A DNA stretch of 64,000 nucleotides from assembly GCF_000372725.1 (NCBI RefSeq), contig NW_005201381.1, positions 307,953-371,952 of the forward strand, written 5' to 3'. Shown here piece by piece: positions 22,851 through 34,566 of the stretch. The translations under genes and the position numbers were made by a program. Under the pieces are notes generated by a model. That model was given only the letters and a program-made list of their open reading frames with translations. It was not told the origin of the DNA and ran no database searches. Every line of letters begins with the position of its first letter. The stretch's first letter is position 1. The DNA is from Emiliania huxleyi CCMP1516. Taxonomy: Eukaryota.

Positions 22851-24198
22851 CGCCGCCGCCCCTCCCGAGCGGGCGGACGAGCTACCTGGAGTCCTCTCGA
22901 GGGCGGGCCCTCGCCGCGGGCGCCGCAGCTGCGATGGCGGCGTGGCTGCTGCTGCGCCGCTCGCGCGCGTCACCGGCTAGCCAGAGGTCCCTCCCTGCAG
23001 CGAGGCGCAGCCTCGCGCCGCAGCTGCCTCTGGCGCGGCCAGAGGTGGACAGCGGGCGGGGAGGCGGCGCCGCGTGGGCGAGCAAGGAGCGCCGCGCGCC
23101 GCAGCAGAGTGCTCCTCCTTGCCCCGGCCACGACCGTCCCACCCCTTCCTTCGGTAGGCGAGCCAGGAGCCGCTGCTCCGCCACGCCTTGCGCAACGCCG
23201 GCCGCAGTGGCGAGGCCGAGCCGATGCTCTCCGCCGCTGCTCTCCGCTCCGATGGCGGCCGAGCGACTCCGCCCAGGCCGACGGCCGGGTGGCTGGGGAA
23301 ACCAGCCCCCCAGCCGCTGCCGAAGCCGGACCCGCACCAGGTTCTGCGCGAGCGGCCGCCGCTTTCCCCGCGCTCACCCCTCGTGGCGGCGTGGGAGGAG
23401 GGTGGGCGCACGGTCGCCCGCTTGTTCGAGTTCGACGGTGCCGACCCCTCCGCCCCCGGCTCGTCGTCCGATTGCCCGCCCGACAGTGCGGCGAGGCAGG
23501 CGCGGGGTCGTGCCATTCGAGCGCGCGCCTCCAGCTCCGCTCACGTCGGCGGCGAGGAGCTTCTGCTCGACGGCCGGCATTGCGCGCACGGCCGGAAGGA
23601 GCCCTGGTACTGGGCTCCGTCCGCGGCGCCGGTGCAGTTTTCCTCGCGGCAGTCGCGGGGGGGCGACTGCGAGGGCGCCGCCGGAAGCTCGAGCGGCGGC
23701 GGCGCAGCAGAGCCGCGCAGAGAGGAGGTCTTGGCAACTCTGAGTGACGCCGAGCGGACGCTGCGCGAGCAGCAGACGCTGTGCGAGTCTCTCGCCGCCG
23801 GTGAGAAGGACGCGGGTGCGCCGCTCTCTGCTGTAGGCGCGCGCTCGCTCGGCAGCCGTGGTGCTCTCACCCGGTCGTGGTTCGGTGGACAGGCATCGCG
23901 TCGCTGCTCCTTACGCGCGGGCGGGAGCTGGCGGCGACGCGGCTCGAGGTGTGCAACTGCTCTGTCGCCGTCGCACTCGGCACTGAGTCGGGGGGTGCCA
24001 GCTCACTGCATGTCACGCGGGCCGAGTCGAGCGAGGTGGCGGCCGCCACGGCGGCGGCCGCCGCCGCGGGACGCGCCGCGGCTGAGGCTGCGCAGGCGGC
24101 CGACGCAGCGGCCGCGCGCGCCACGCCTATCTACACGCTCGCGCGCTACACTCCGCAAACGAGGGCTGGCGGCGGGTTTGGTGGCGAGGCTGTGAGCT

Positions 24199-24234
<36 letters not shown>

Positions 24235-25607
24235 GGACAGAGGCGGCATCACCCTGTCCGCGGCGCTCGCTGCAGCTCGACGACGACGACGACGACGAGG
24301 AGGAGGAGGAGGAGGAGGAGGACGAGGAGGAGGAGGAGGAGGAGGACGGCGCTGGCTTGCTGCAGGAGGGCTGGACGCTCGGCTCCTCTTTCCGCCACTC
24401 CTCCGCCCGCTCGTCCTCTCGCAAGAGCAGGGGCCGTGCCTCCTCCTCCTCCGACCGCTACTCCGCCGTCTACGACTCCTACGACTCGGAGGCCGGCGTG
24501 TCGCTGCAAGTGGCCGACGCCCCGTCCGCTTCCCCCGCCCGCTCGGAGCAGTCGGTCTTCTCCTTCATGCTCGACTACGACGGCGATCCGGGCGCCGCCC
24601 TGCCCGAGGGAGCGACGCGGCAGCGAGCGGCAGCCGTCCACAGCCTCGGCAGGGAATGCCGCCCCACCCCCCGGATCGTCACTCTGTAGGTACTTTGACG
24701 AGATCGACGACGACGAGCTGATCGCCGCGTGGCCCGCGAATCTCGCCCCGCCGCGCCAGGGCGAGGCCGAGCTCAAGCTCCCGACGGCGGGCTACCACAC
24801 GCCGCCACAGCTCTCGGCGGCGGACCTGAGGGCGCTCAAGGCGGAGGCGCACGGGGCGGGCCTGTGGACGCCCTACGACATGCCGCCGACCCCGCGCACG
24901 CCCTCCCGCGTCCCCTCGCTCCCCTCGCCGATCGCCGAAGGGAGCGAGGGGCGTTCGCGCGGGCCGGTGCCGACGGCGCCGCCGCCGTCGGCGATGCCGT
25001 ACCGCGGGCCAGCGCGCGAGGCGGACGGACTGCCCGTCGACGAGGACGCCGGCGAGAGCGACGCGCAGGAGGCGCACCGGCGGAGGCAGAAGTTTGACCG
25101 CGCCGTTGCCTCCAACATCTTCGCCGCGTCGCAGCGGCTTTCGCACCGCGCAGAGTCGCTCGGTGCGCTCGCCGAGGGCTGCGAGCCGCAGGCGGAGGCG
25201 GCGCTCACCGCTGCGCGCGCCTGCCTCGACGGCGAGGTGCAGGAGCTGCGTCGGTCCTCTCTCCCCCCCGCCGGCCAGCCACGTCGCACGCCCCTCCGCC
25301 CCACCACAGTCGGCTCGTGTGCCTGCGCTATAGGTTCATGCGGCAGCTCGCGCGCTTGCTCGAGCGCGACCCGATCCTCCCGAAGCGCGAGCAGATGCGC
25401 TGGGTGATCCAGGCCGAGCGCAACTACTCCCGCCTCCTCTCGCCAAGCCCCCAGCCGCCGGCCGGCGCCGCGATTGGAGCAAAGCCGCCGCCCGCGAAGC
25501 GCCGGCGGGGCCTTCCCTGGGGGCGGCGCAAGAGCAAGGCTAATCAATCCGGCCAAGTGTCGGTGCCGCAGATCTCGCAGGGGAGCGCAACACCTCTCGC
25601 GATCTGA
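22850..25607 (+). CDS. Hypothetical low-complexity spliced protein (separate gene or C-terminal part of the preceding gene)
   Basis: Successive coding-like segments with acidic D/E runs, separated by plausible introns. Last exon RFMRQLARLLERDPILPKREQMRWVIQAERNYSRLL with stop at 25607. Confidence 0.45.
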
Positions 25608-26153
25608 GCCGCCGCTCGGGGCGGATTTCGAGGAAGGAATCGGAGGAGATCAGAGCGGATCATCTGGCTGTGTCGGTGCTACGTACTGTCTCTCTGTCTG
25701 GGGCGGGGCTCGCGGGGCGCTGGCTGTTAGTGGCCGCACACCCCTAGCCGCTCCTCACACTCTTGTCTCTCACATGGTGGGGTGCTCTCTCTCTTGTGAT
25801 GTGTCCGTCGCTGCGCTGGCCTTCTCTTCGCGTCTGGAGAGGCGTGTCCGTGTGCAGCAGCTGTGCGCAGAGGTACTGGTTTTCTGCCCTGTCTTATCCG
25901 TGTCTACGTCGTGGCGCAGCTGAACATGAAGCAAATTTTGACACATTGCTCTCTAAATATTTTTGTCAAAATTGCATTGAGCGGATGTCGAGAGCAGCAC
26001 AGGGCCACAGCCGTCTGACTGGTCACTAGAGCCGTAAAAGTGTGCCGATTTGGCGTCGGGCGATTATATCCGCCGCCGGCGATAAAGAGAGCCATCTCTT
26101 CCCTCCTCGAGAACGGAAATACGGGGCGACCCCCGGAACGTCGTCGGGCCGTT

Positions 26154-26984
26154 CTAGACCATAATCTGGCCCTTGGACACCCTCTTGCCGTTGCTGAGGC
26201 GGCCGTCCTTGGTGATCCTGCGCTCCTGCGCCGTGATGGACGGCCGCGTGCTGCCCCATGGCCCGGCAGGGATGACTTGATCGCCCTCTTCGACGCCCGT
26301 GGTGCAGATGGCAACCATCTGTCGAACAGCGAAGGATGAGGGGTGGGGAGTCAGAGATGGGGGCACAGAGCGCGGAAAAGTGCTGAACGGGCTCGAGAAA
26401 GCCCCGGGCCCGCGGACACTGCGGCGAAGGCTCTCTTCAAGCGTCGTTGGGACCGACCTGCATGACCCAACGAAAGAGACCGGTGATGGCACCCAGCAAG
26501 ATGGTGCCCGTGATGAAGACGGTGATGTACCCGTCGAAGATGTAGGACGGGTACTGCCTGAAGGCGCCGCGCGGGCAAACGGAGATGGCCATGGGCATCC
26601 TTGTGGGCACAGGCGGCGGATATCCAGGGCCACTCACGGGTTCTTGAAGATGAGGATGGAGAGAATCAGCGTCGAGCTCGAGCGGAGGAAGTCGGACATC
26701 AGGTGCAGGAACGCAGAGCCCATATTGACCGCCTGCGCACCGCGCGGCGCGGGGTGGGAGTTGGGGTCGTGGGGGGGGGGGGGGGGACTCTTGAGCTCTG
26801 ACCTCAGACTCGTCCTCCGCCTTCTTTGTTCCCACCAGTTCACCAACGTCGCCCTGTCCAAAGCTCCTGAAGGCGAACAGCGAGCCGATATCGAAGAGGA
26901 GGCCGAACAGCGCAAAGGCGCAGACGATGCGCGGGTCCACGCCAGTCCACACGCAGGCCGGGGAGCCGTCCTCGAGCGTCGAGC
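26154..26984 (-). pseudogene. 3' half of a cation diffusion facilitator (ZnT/SLC30-like) gene, 5' end replaced by a MITE end
   Basis: Hydrophobic segments and AVNMGSAFLHLMSDFLRS (CDF TM5 HxxxD), then FDGYITVFITGTILLG. Upstream sequence is the CTCTACA MITE TIR. Confidence 0.65.
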
Positions 26985-27136
26985 GCCTCTACATCGCTCT
27001 ACAACGCACGCAGTTCGTCACGCGGTGGATGTAGAGCTCTACAGCTCTACATTGCTCTACAGCGCTCCAGAGCGCTCTACATCTCTACAGCTCTACAGCG
27101 CTCTACACTCTACATCCTCTACACCCTCCCTCAGGG
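26985..27136. mobile_element. Solo TIR of the CTCTACA MITE family
   Basis: Matches 15130-15270, ending in ccctccctcaggg. Confidence 0.9.
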
Positions 27137-27545
27137 TACGACGAGTTTTTGAGGCGGGGGACCTGCCAGCCGCGCCTGGCGCAGCGCCGATGCTGCACCA
27201 TGTGCGCCGAGGCATTTAGCACTTGTAGCGAGCGCACATGGTGCGGTGCGCGTACTTGAGCAGGCGGTGCGAGCCGCAGTTGGCGCAGGGGCCCTGGGAG
27301 TGGGCGCGCGCGGCATTGACGCGGACCCAGGTATTTCTCGGGTATACCTGGTTTTTTGCAGGTATACCCGGGTTTTACCCGGAGGGTGTGCCAACACCGT
27401 GCTAACGGCTGTGCTAACGCTTGTTTTGGGACTGCCGTTCGACTGTGCTAACACCGACCTTTGCGCCAAGTGTTGGCACGATCTGTAGTCAGTGCTGCCC
27501 CTGGAGGTGTGCTAATGTTAGTCCACCAACCCTGAAGCCCCCTCC

Positions 27546-27930
27546 CCTCTTGCACAACAGGAATTTTGACAATTAACCAGTGGGGAAAGGCACGACTCAC
27601 AATGAACGATGGGCTTGCCCATCCCGGAGTGGTTCGATCCCACACAAACCCGAGACGGTGACGGAATGCTGGCTGATGGTCTCAGGCCCAGTGAGGTAGT
27701 GCATCAGACTATCCCGGATCCTGCTGAACAAGCTCCTCTTGTAGCTCGATCGGTCAAACCGCCATCGCCGTCGGGGAGAGGGGGGACGACACTGCTCCTG
27801 CAGCGTGCACCTCGATCCTGTACCGTGTTTGTTATGACCCCCCCCAATGAACACACCAGTGAGGGAGGGCGAGACGATCGAGGGGTCCCGTACCATGCGG
27901 AATCGACCCTATCCAGTGCTCAAGTGCTCA
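27546..27930 (+). repeat. 385-bp direct repeat, copy 1
   Basis: Near-identical to 31377-31761; ends agtgctcaagtgctca. Confidence 0.95.
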
Positions 27931-28024
27931 AGCATCCGTCCTCTCCGCGCGACCCCGGCCCCTCTCGTAAGCCCTAGTGCGGACGGTTTTTTTGCGGTAT
28001 CTTGATGTATCTCTGCAATATCTG

Positions 28025-28192
28025 ACCGTATCTCCCCGTATCTCCTTGCATCTCATCGCATCTCCCCGTATCTCCCCGTATCTGCCCGTATCTCCCCGTA
28101 TCCGCCCGTATCTCGTATCTCCCGGTATCTCCCGGTATCTCCCGGTATCTCCCGGTATCTCCCGGTATCCCGCCATATCCCGCCATATCCCG
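28025..28192. repeat. 10-bp minisatellite (tatctccc(c/g)g)n
   Basis: Directly visible tandem array. Confidence 0.9.
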
Positions 28193-28679
28193 CCGCGGAT
28201 ACCGCGAAAAAAACCGTCCACACCCGGGATCTCGTAGCCGCAGCCGCGCAGCCGCAGCCGCGGCCAGGCCACTTGCCAGGCCCAACTCTTGCCGCTCTCC
28301 TCTGTGTCGGGTTGTGACGAAATCCCAAGCATCGCGTCTCGTCTCAGAGTTTGACCGTTTTATTTATTTAGCTGGCGGCCAAGTCGGACGAGATGTGCGA
28401 GAGCTTGTCCGACGATGTGACGAGGGGTGAGCGGGGACGGATATTGAAGATCCCTCCACACCAAGATCGTGCAGGGCGGCCGGACACATGTTGTATCCCT
28501 CTAAAATCCCAAGCATCGCGTCTCGTCTCAGAGTTTGACCGTTTTATTTATTTAGCATCCGTCCTCAGCTCACCTTGCCCAGGAGTCGCGAGGGTTTGCC
28601 CCCCCCCCCCCCCCTCCGCCCGCCCCCGCCCCCGCCCCACCACCTCGCGTGTGTGGAGAAGTCAAAACCTTACCTTACC

Positions 28680-29805
28680 TTACCTTGCCCAGCTGCTCCA
28701 TCTCCTCGTCCGTCAGCGCAAACTCCAGCGCGGCCAAGTCGGACGAGATGTGCGAGAGCTTGTCCGACGATGTGACGGCGACCACGTCGCGCTGCAGCAC
28801 CCAGCGCAGTGCCACCTGCACCGGCTCAGTCAGCGGCGCGCTGGCGGCCCCTCACGGCGGGAGAAGGGCGGGTGCATCGCCAAGGCGGCAGGGCGGGGCA
28901 AGGCGCGCCTGAGCCGCAGAGCGGTTGTGCGCCTTTGCGACTGCCTTGACGGTCGGGTCGCTGAGCACGTGGCCTGTGCCGTGCATCGTCACTCCGCCGA
29001 GCGGCGAGTAGGCGGAGTAGTGGACGGCGTGCCTAGAAGGCTCCTAGAAGGTTCCTAGAAGGTTCCTGCTGAGTACCGGGTAGGCGGAGTCGTGGACGGC
29101 GTGCTTGCGGCACGTCTGTCGGGTCGCGTCGTCGCGGCCCCAAAGCTGCGTCGCCTCGGAGTGGCCGCCGATGCTGTAGCCGCACTGGTTGACGGCCGGC
29201 TTCACCTTGACGCGAGGGAGGAGCGCCTCGACGGCGCTGCTGTTGAAGTTCGAGATGCCGATGGCCCGCGCCTTGCCGCTCTTCACTAGCGGCTCGAGCG
29301 CGCGGTACGCCTTCACGGTCTCGTCGAAGCTGGAGCACGGCCAGTGCACCAAAAGCAGGTCGACATAGCTCAGCCCGAGCACCTTTAGATCGTGCAGCGC
29401 GTTTTCGGTCGCGTTGCGCTTGGCGAGCAAACAGAGCGACTTGGTGAACTCGGACGGGCAGCACGGGATCTTTGACGTGACAAAGATCTCTTCGCGAGGA
29501 ATGCCGCTCTCACGCACCGCCGCGCCAACCTCGGCCTGCTGCCGGTCGGTGTACGTGAGGGCCGTGTCGAGGCCGCGGACGCCGAGCTTGAGTGCGGCGC
29601 GGTGATTCCACTCGAAGCCAAAGTTCAGCGTTGGCATCTCCACGCCGGGTGCGATCGTCACACGAGGCACACCGCCGAGCGCGGCGGCGGCAGCGGGGAG
29701 AGGAGCCACGCCGCCGAGCGCGGCGGCGGTGGCAGCAGTGGTGGCGGTGGTGGCGGTGGCGGCGGAAGCGGAGACGAGAAGCAGGCACGTCACGGGCACA
29801 ATCAT
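28680..29805 (-). CDS. Aldo/keto reductase with probable signal peptide (spliced)
   Basis: MIVPVTCLLLVSASA; GVRGLDTALTY; REEIFVTSKI; LGLSYVDLLLVHWP; GKARAIGISNF; KPAVNQ; YSAYSPLGG; AQ|VALRWVLQR. Exact 3' end uncertain. Confidence 0.92.
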
Positions 29806-30051
29806 GGCCTGGAGGCCGACACGAACAAGGGCTCGCCTGTCTGCTATAGCCGCAGCCACTCCCAGCTACTCGGTGTGAACAGAGTTCGTACTCGAGTACC
29901 GAGCAGCTGGGAGCAACTCGAGATCCCTCGAGAGTTCACGCGGAGTCGGCTGGGGCTATACCAGACAGAGGGCTCGCTGGGGAAGGTACTCGAGGAGGTA
30001 CCGGGTAGCCCCCCCCCCCCCCCCCCCTCCCTGGGCTCATTCCCTGCCCTT

Positions 30052-30151
30052 NNNNNNNNNNNNNNNNNNNNNNNNNNNNNNNNNNNNNNNNNNNNNNNNN
30101 NNNNNNNNNNNNNNNNNNNNNNNNNNNNNNNNNNNNNNNNNNNNNNNNNNN
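30052..30151. other. Assembly gap (100 N)
   Basis: Run of N. Confidence 1.
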
Positions 30152-31376
30152 GGAGGGGGGGCGAGCAGGGACCCAGAGGAGAAGAGGCGTGTGAGAGACG
30201 CACGGTTGCAAAGAGGAGGGGGGGTCTTGGGGATATCGTTCACCGACTGTGTCCACTCGCAGCGGGCAGCGGCAACGGATCCACTCGAACGGGATGATAT
30301 CGTCTGCGGCCCCGCCGGCGGCGCTGTCACTGCAACTACCACCGCCGCCACCGCCACCACCGCCGTCGCCGCCCTCCCCCCCGCCGCCGACTCCCGCACC
30401 GATCCCGCTGCTACTCGCACTGCTCACGCAGCTGCTTGCGTTCCTGCTGGCCTCCACTGGCCCATTATCAATCACCATCGGCGCGGGGCTGGCGTGGCAG
30501 CCGGGGTGTTGGGCCACCTCCGTCATCGACGCGTCCATCATGCCGGTCTCCTGCACTGCTTGGGCTATCGGAGCAGCGTCTGTCGTCCCGGCGATTGTCG
30601 CAGTGGCGTGCGCGGCCACCATGGGCCAGAGGGCCGACGACGCCGCAGCCGACGACGCAGCGGCTGACAAGAACGCAGACGGTGCGAGCCTTTGCTGGCC
30701 ATCCGTGCCCTCCGAGTCGCTCTCGATGAAGGCGGCGATGATCTCGTCGATGAAGTCCCCGCTGCCGCCGTTGCCCGACATGAGCCACCTGGCGACGCAC
30801 CTGCCCCCGCGACGAGCTCCTTCCCCAAAGGCCGAGTAACGCACAGCCTCTGTGCCGCTGCGCGGGGGCGCGCCCCTAGGTCTAGGTACTCCGAACTTCG
30901 CACACAACTGGGTGGAAGCGCACACCATCGGGGGCGGTCCTGGCGGCCGGAGAGTCTGAAAACGTGCAAGAACCACCTCGAGGCTACCCTTTGACATGAG
31001 GTGGCCGCGGCTACCGGCCGGCTGCTCAAGCACTTCCCGCGCACCAGCTCACGCCCGGCAGCCCTAGCCAGCCAGGCCCGGCGCTTGGTTGGCGACAACA
31101 GTGCTGGGCAGCAGCAGCAGCATCGATACGAACGCGACATGGGAGGAGGAGATACCCGAGCAAAATAAGATCACGGCGGACGCGGTGAAAAAGATGATGG
31201 AGAGACAGGAGAGGCAACCAACCAACGGCGACACACATGGCGGCGACGGACGGAGGCAAGGACCATGGAAGACGAGAAATGGCGGAAGATAGAAAGTACG
31301 TGCCGAACCCTAGGGTGGCGTACGGCGTGTTCGAAGGACCGACACGATTCGGGAAGCGCGTCCCAGGGGACGCCCA

Positions 31377-31761
31377 CCTCTTGCACAACAGGAATTTTGA
31401 CAATTAACCAGTGGGGAAAGGCACGACTCACAATGAACGATGGGCTTGCCCATCCCGGAGTGGTTCGATCCCACACAAACCCGAGACGGTGACGGAATGC
31501 TGGCTGATGGTCTCAGGCCCAGTGAGGTAGTGCATCAGACTATCCCGGATCCTGCTGAACAAGCTCCTCTTGTAGCTCGATCGGTCACACCGCCATCGCC
31601 GTCGGGGAGAGGGGGGACGACACTGCTCCTGCAGCGTGCACCTCGATCCTGTACCGTGTTTGTTATGACCCCCCCCAATGAACATACCAGTGAGGGAGGG
31701 CGAGACGATCGAGGGGTCCCGTACCATGCGGAATCGACCCTATCCAGTGCTCAAGTGCTCA
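31377..31761 (+). repeat. 385-bp direct repeat, copy 2
   Basis: Near-identical to 27546-27930; followed by (ggta)n. Confidence 0.95.
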
Positions 31762-32121
31762 GGTAGGTAGGTAGGGCGTTTTGGCGTGAGTCAGTCAGTG
31801 TCGACAACCCACCCTATCTCCGGCTAGGAGCCATAAACAGGGGGGTGCGTCGAAAGCAAATTTGATAACAGACGCCCCTCGCTTTTGCAAAATCCTGCAA
31901 AGGTGGGGACGTGTCTGTCCTCGACCCAGCCCGTTTTATTTATTTATTTGTTACCTAGCTTGGGATGTCCGTTTTATTTATTTATTTAGGGACTGAGATG
32001 AGAGATAGGACGAGGCAGACGCCCAAGGATGGGCGACGGCTGGCAAGCACCACACTCACCCCTCTCCTTCAATCCCATGTCCATGTCCATGTGTGTGATT
32101 ATTAGAAGCCAACAAGAAATC

Positions 32122-33165
32122 AGGCTCCAGGTGGCTTCGGCCCCTCCAAGCCACCTCTGCGCTGCATGCCCCCCCTCGCCACACCTGGAGGGCTGGAGCA
32201 CGTGCGCCACCTGGGCGTCACTTCGGGAATTTCATCGTGCGTGTTCTTTTGAATAGGAATGTACTATACACCGCCTCGGCACCACGAGCCGCCCCCGCCG
32301 CGCCTCCACAATCCACTCTCGCAACTCTACCGCGCAGCCAGCACACGACGTCGGCGAGGCCGACAAAGCTCTGCATGGCCTGGTTTATCGAGGATCGAGT
32401 GATGGCGTATTATTGGGCAGTCTTCTCATTGGCGAGTCAGACTGCTCAGCGTCGGCAGCAACGGCGCGTGAGCAGCGCAGCCACCGGCTCCTTCCGTGGC
32501 TCGGATTTTCCGTTTTTTTATTCAAACTTCGCCAGGTGGCGCACGTGCTCCGGCCCTCCAGGTGTGGCGAGGGGGGGCATGCAGGTGGCTTGGAGGGGCC
32601 GAAGCCACCTGGCGCCACATGCCATGCCCACCTATCGGGCCCAGGTGGCGCACGTGCTCCAGCCCTCCACGTGTGGCGAGGGGGGCGGGGCAGGTGGAGG
32701 GGCCGAACGAAGCCACCTGGAGCCACCTGCCCAGGCCCAGGTGGCGCACGTGCTCCAGCCCTCCTCGTGTGGCGAGGGAGGGGGGGCAGGTGGCTTGGAG
32801 GGGGCCGAAGCCCTTGGCGCCACCCGAGCGCTCACATGGCCACAGGCGGCGTTTGGAATCTACTCCAGGTGCTTTTTGCACTGTTTTGCCCATGGCCACA
32901 GGCGGCGTAAGCCATCTGCTCCAGGTGCTTTTTGCACTGTTTTGCCCATGTCCACAGGCGGCGTAAGCCATCTGCTCCAGGTGCTTTTTGCACTGTTTTG
33001 CTCATGGAGCAAGTGGCTGAAGCCACCTGCATTTTTGTGCAAAAGGCTCTAAAATGGCCGAAATCCCTGGTGGCGCACGTGGCGATTGCCACGTGTGCCT
33101 CGGCTAAGAGGCCTCTCCAGGCGAGAGTCAGGTGGCACGACGCGAGTCAGGTGGCGTGGAGCCTC
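32122..33165. mobile_element. Repeat-rich non-autonomous element (CCAGGTGGC/GCCACCTGG motifs; 56-bp tandem unit at 32863-33005)
   Basis: Many direct and inverted copies of ccaggtggcgcacgtgctccagccctcc. Short terminal inversion aggctcca/tggagcct. Confidence 0.55.
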
Positions 33166-33612
33166 CTACCTGGGGACATCTCTCCGCGCTTGTCGCGCCT
33201 GATGCGCTCTGCGAGGGGGCCGGGGGTCGTAGTTGTCGTGCTCGAGCGTCGGGAAGACAGCGCGCCTTTGCGACCTTTGTCGGCCCCGAGCTGCCATCCC
33301 CAGTACAAGGTGTACCAGTCGCCGCGAGGATAGAACCGCAAGCGTTGACCTTCTTCTTGTGTGTGTGGTGGCGGCGTGCCGTCCTCCCATCTCTCTCTTG
33401 GGTTGTCTTGTCTTTTCTTTGAGAGAAAAAATCTTTCAAATCCACGTGAGATAAAATGGGATGTGCATCCCAGCTCACATTTTCATTTATCATTTTTGAA
33501 GCACGACACATTGATCGATCAAAAACGCGCGGTGACGCCGCTTAATTGCCGCTTGGATATATTCTTATTCAAATTTTGGTTTTAAAAACATCAAAGCACT
33601 TCATCCAAACAC

Positions 33613-33992
33613 TAGAGCTGTCAAACGTTAAGAGCTGAACAGTGTTGCTGGTGTTACAGTGTTGTTGTTAACAGTAACAACAGAACAACATTGGGGCTCC
33701 CCAACAACAGTAGCTAACGTTAGGCCGGCTGAACAACAACAAGGAAGGCCTGGCAGTGACCCACGACGATCTCCAGCGTCCAGTGCGGGTAATACCCGAA
33801 AATACCCGGGAAACCCCAGGTATTTTCGGGGTTTACCCGGGTTTTTTTTCTGCTTGCTGACCGCTGAACAACAGTAACAACAGTGTAACAAACAGTAACA
33901 GCAAAGGCTGGGGTGAACACTTGAACAACGTTAAGGATTTCAGCCAACACTAGCGCAACTGTTAGGCCCAAAGTTAATGTTAAACAGCTCTA
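33613..33992. mobile_element. hAT-like MITE
   Basis: Imperfect TIR tagagctgtcaaacgttaa / ttaatgttaaacagctcta; homologous to 9892-10249. No TSD seen. Confidence 0.8.
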
Positions 33993-34566
33993 CTTGTTGA
34001 GACGATTTCAGCCAACAATAGTGCAACTCCATGCGATCTCGGATATTTTTTGACCGGAACGCCAAAAAACTACTATGTCTTCGAGTGAAAAGCAATCCGA
34101 GCAAAGCCGCGGCCGCAGTGAATTAAAGGCGGTTTTCGAGGGGGGATCTGGAGAATCTGGGAATCTGCTCACCACGGACCCCCACCTCATCGAAAAACTT
34201 TTCACTCCAAGACATAGTACTTTTTTAAGGTGCTCTACAAGCTAGGCAAAAGATATGGCATTGCAGGCCATTTAGGGCCCCTTAGACGGTCACTGAGTAG
34301 GCCAAAATCCCCACTCCCCACTGGGGCCGGGAGCAACCTTAAGGCGTTTGACAGCTCCACGGGTCAAACACCTCGACAGATGTTAGGCATGGAATGGATT
34401 TGAACTTTTCAGGCAAAATTAATCAAATATATCCTAGCGGGTTTGTGATCAAAAATGTTGGGATGGGGATGCCCCCAACCCCCCCCAAACATCCGTCATC
34501 CCATGTGTCTGTTATCAGGTGTGTCTTTATTGACTACCTGTGTATTGGCCGTGTAGACCCGCCGCG

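Noticed and set aside
29840..29880. Similarity to the 7SL/Alu motif (tcccagctactcgg)
   Set aside because: Only about 14 nt match, no recognisable SRP S-domain, and the local inverted repeat explains it.
30150..30782. Minus-strand ORF MSGNGGSGDFIDEIIAAF...
   Set aside because: Low complexity, runs into the N gap, and has no recognisable domain; insufficient support.
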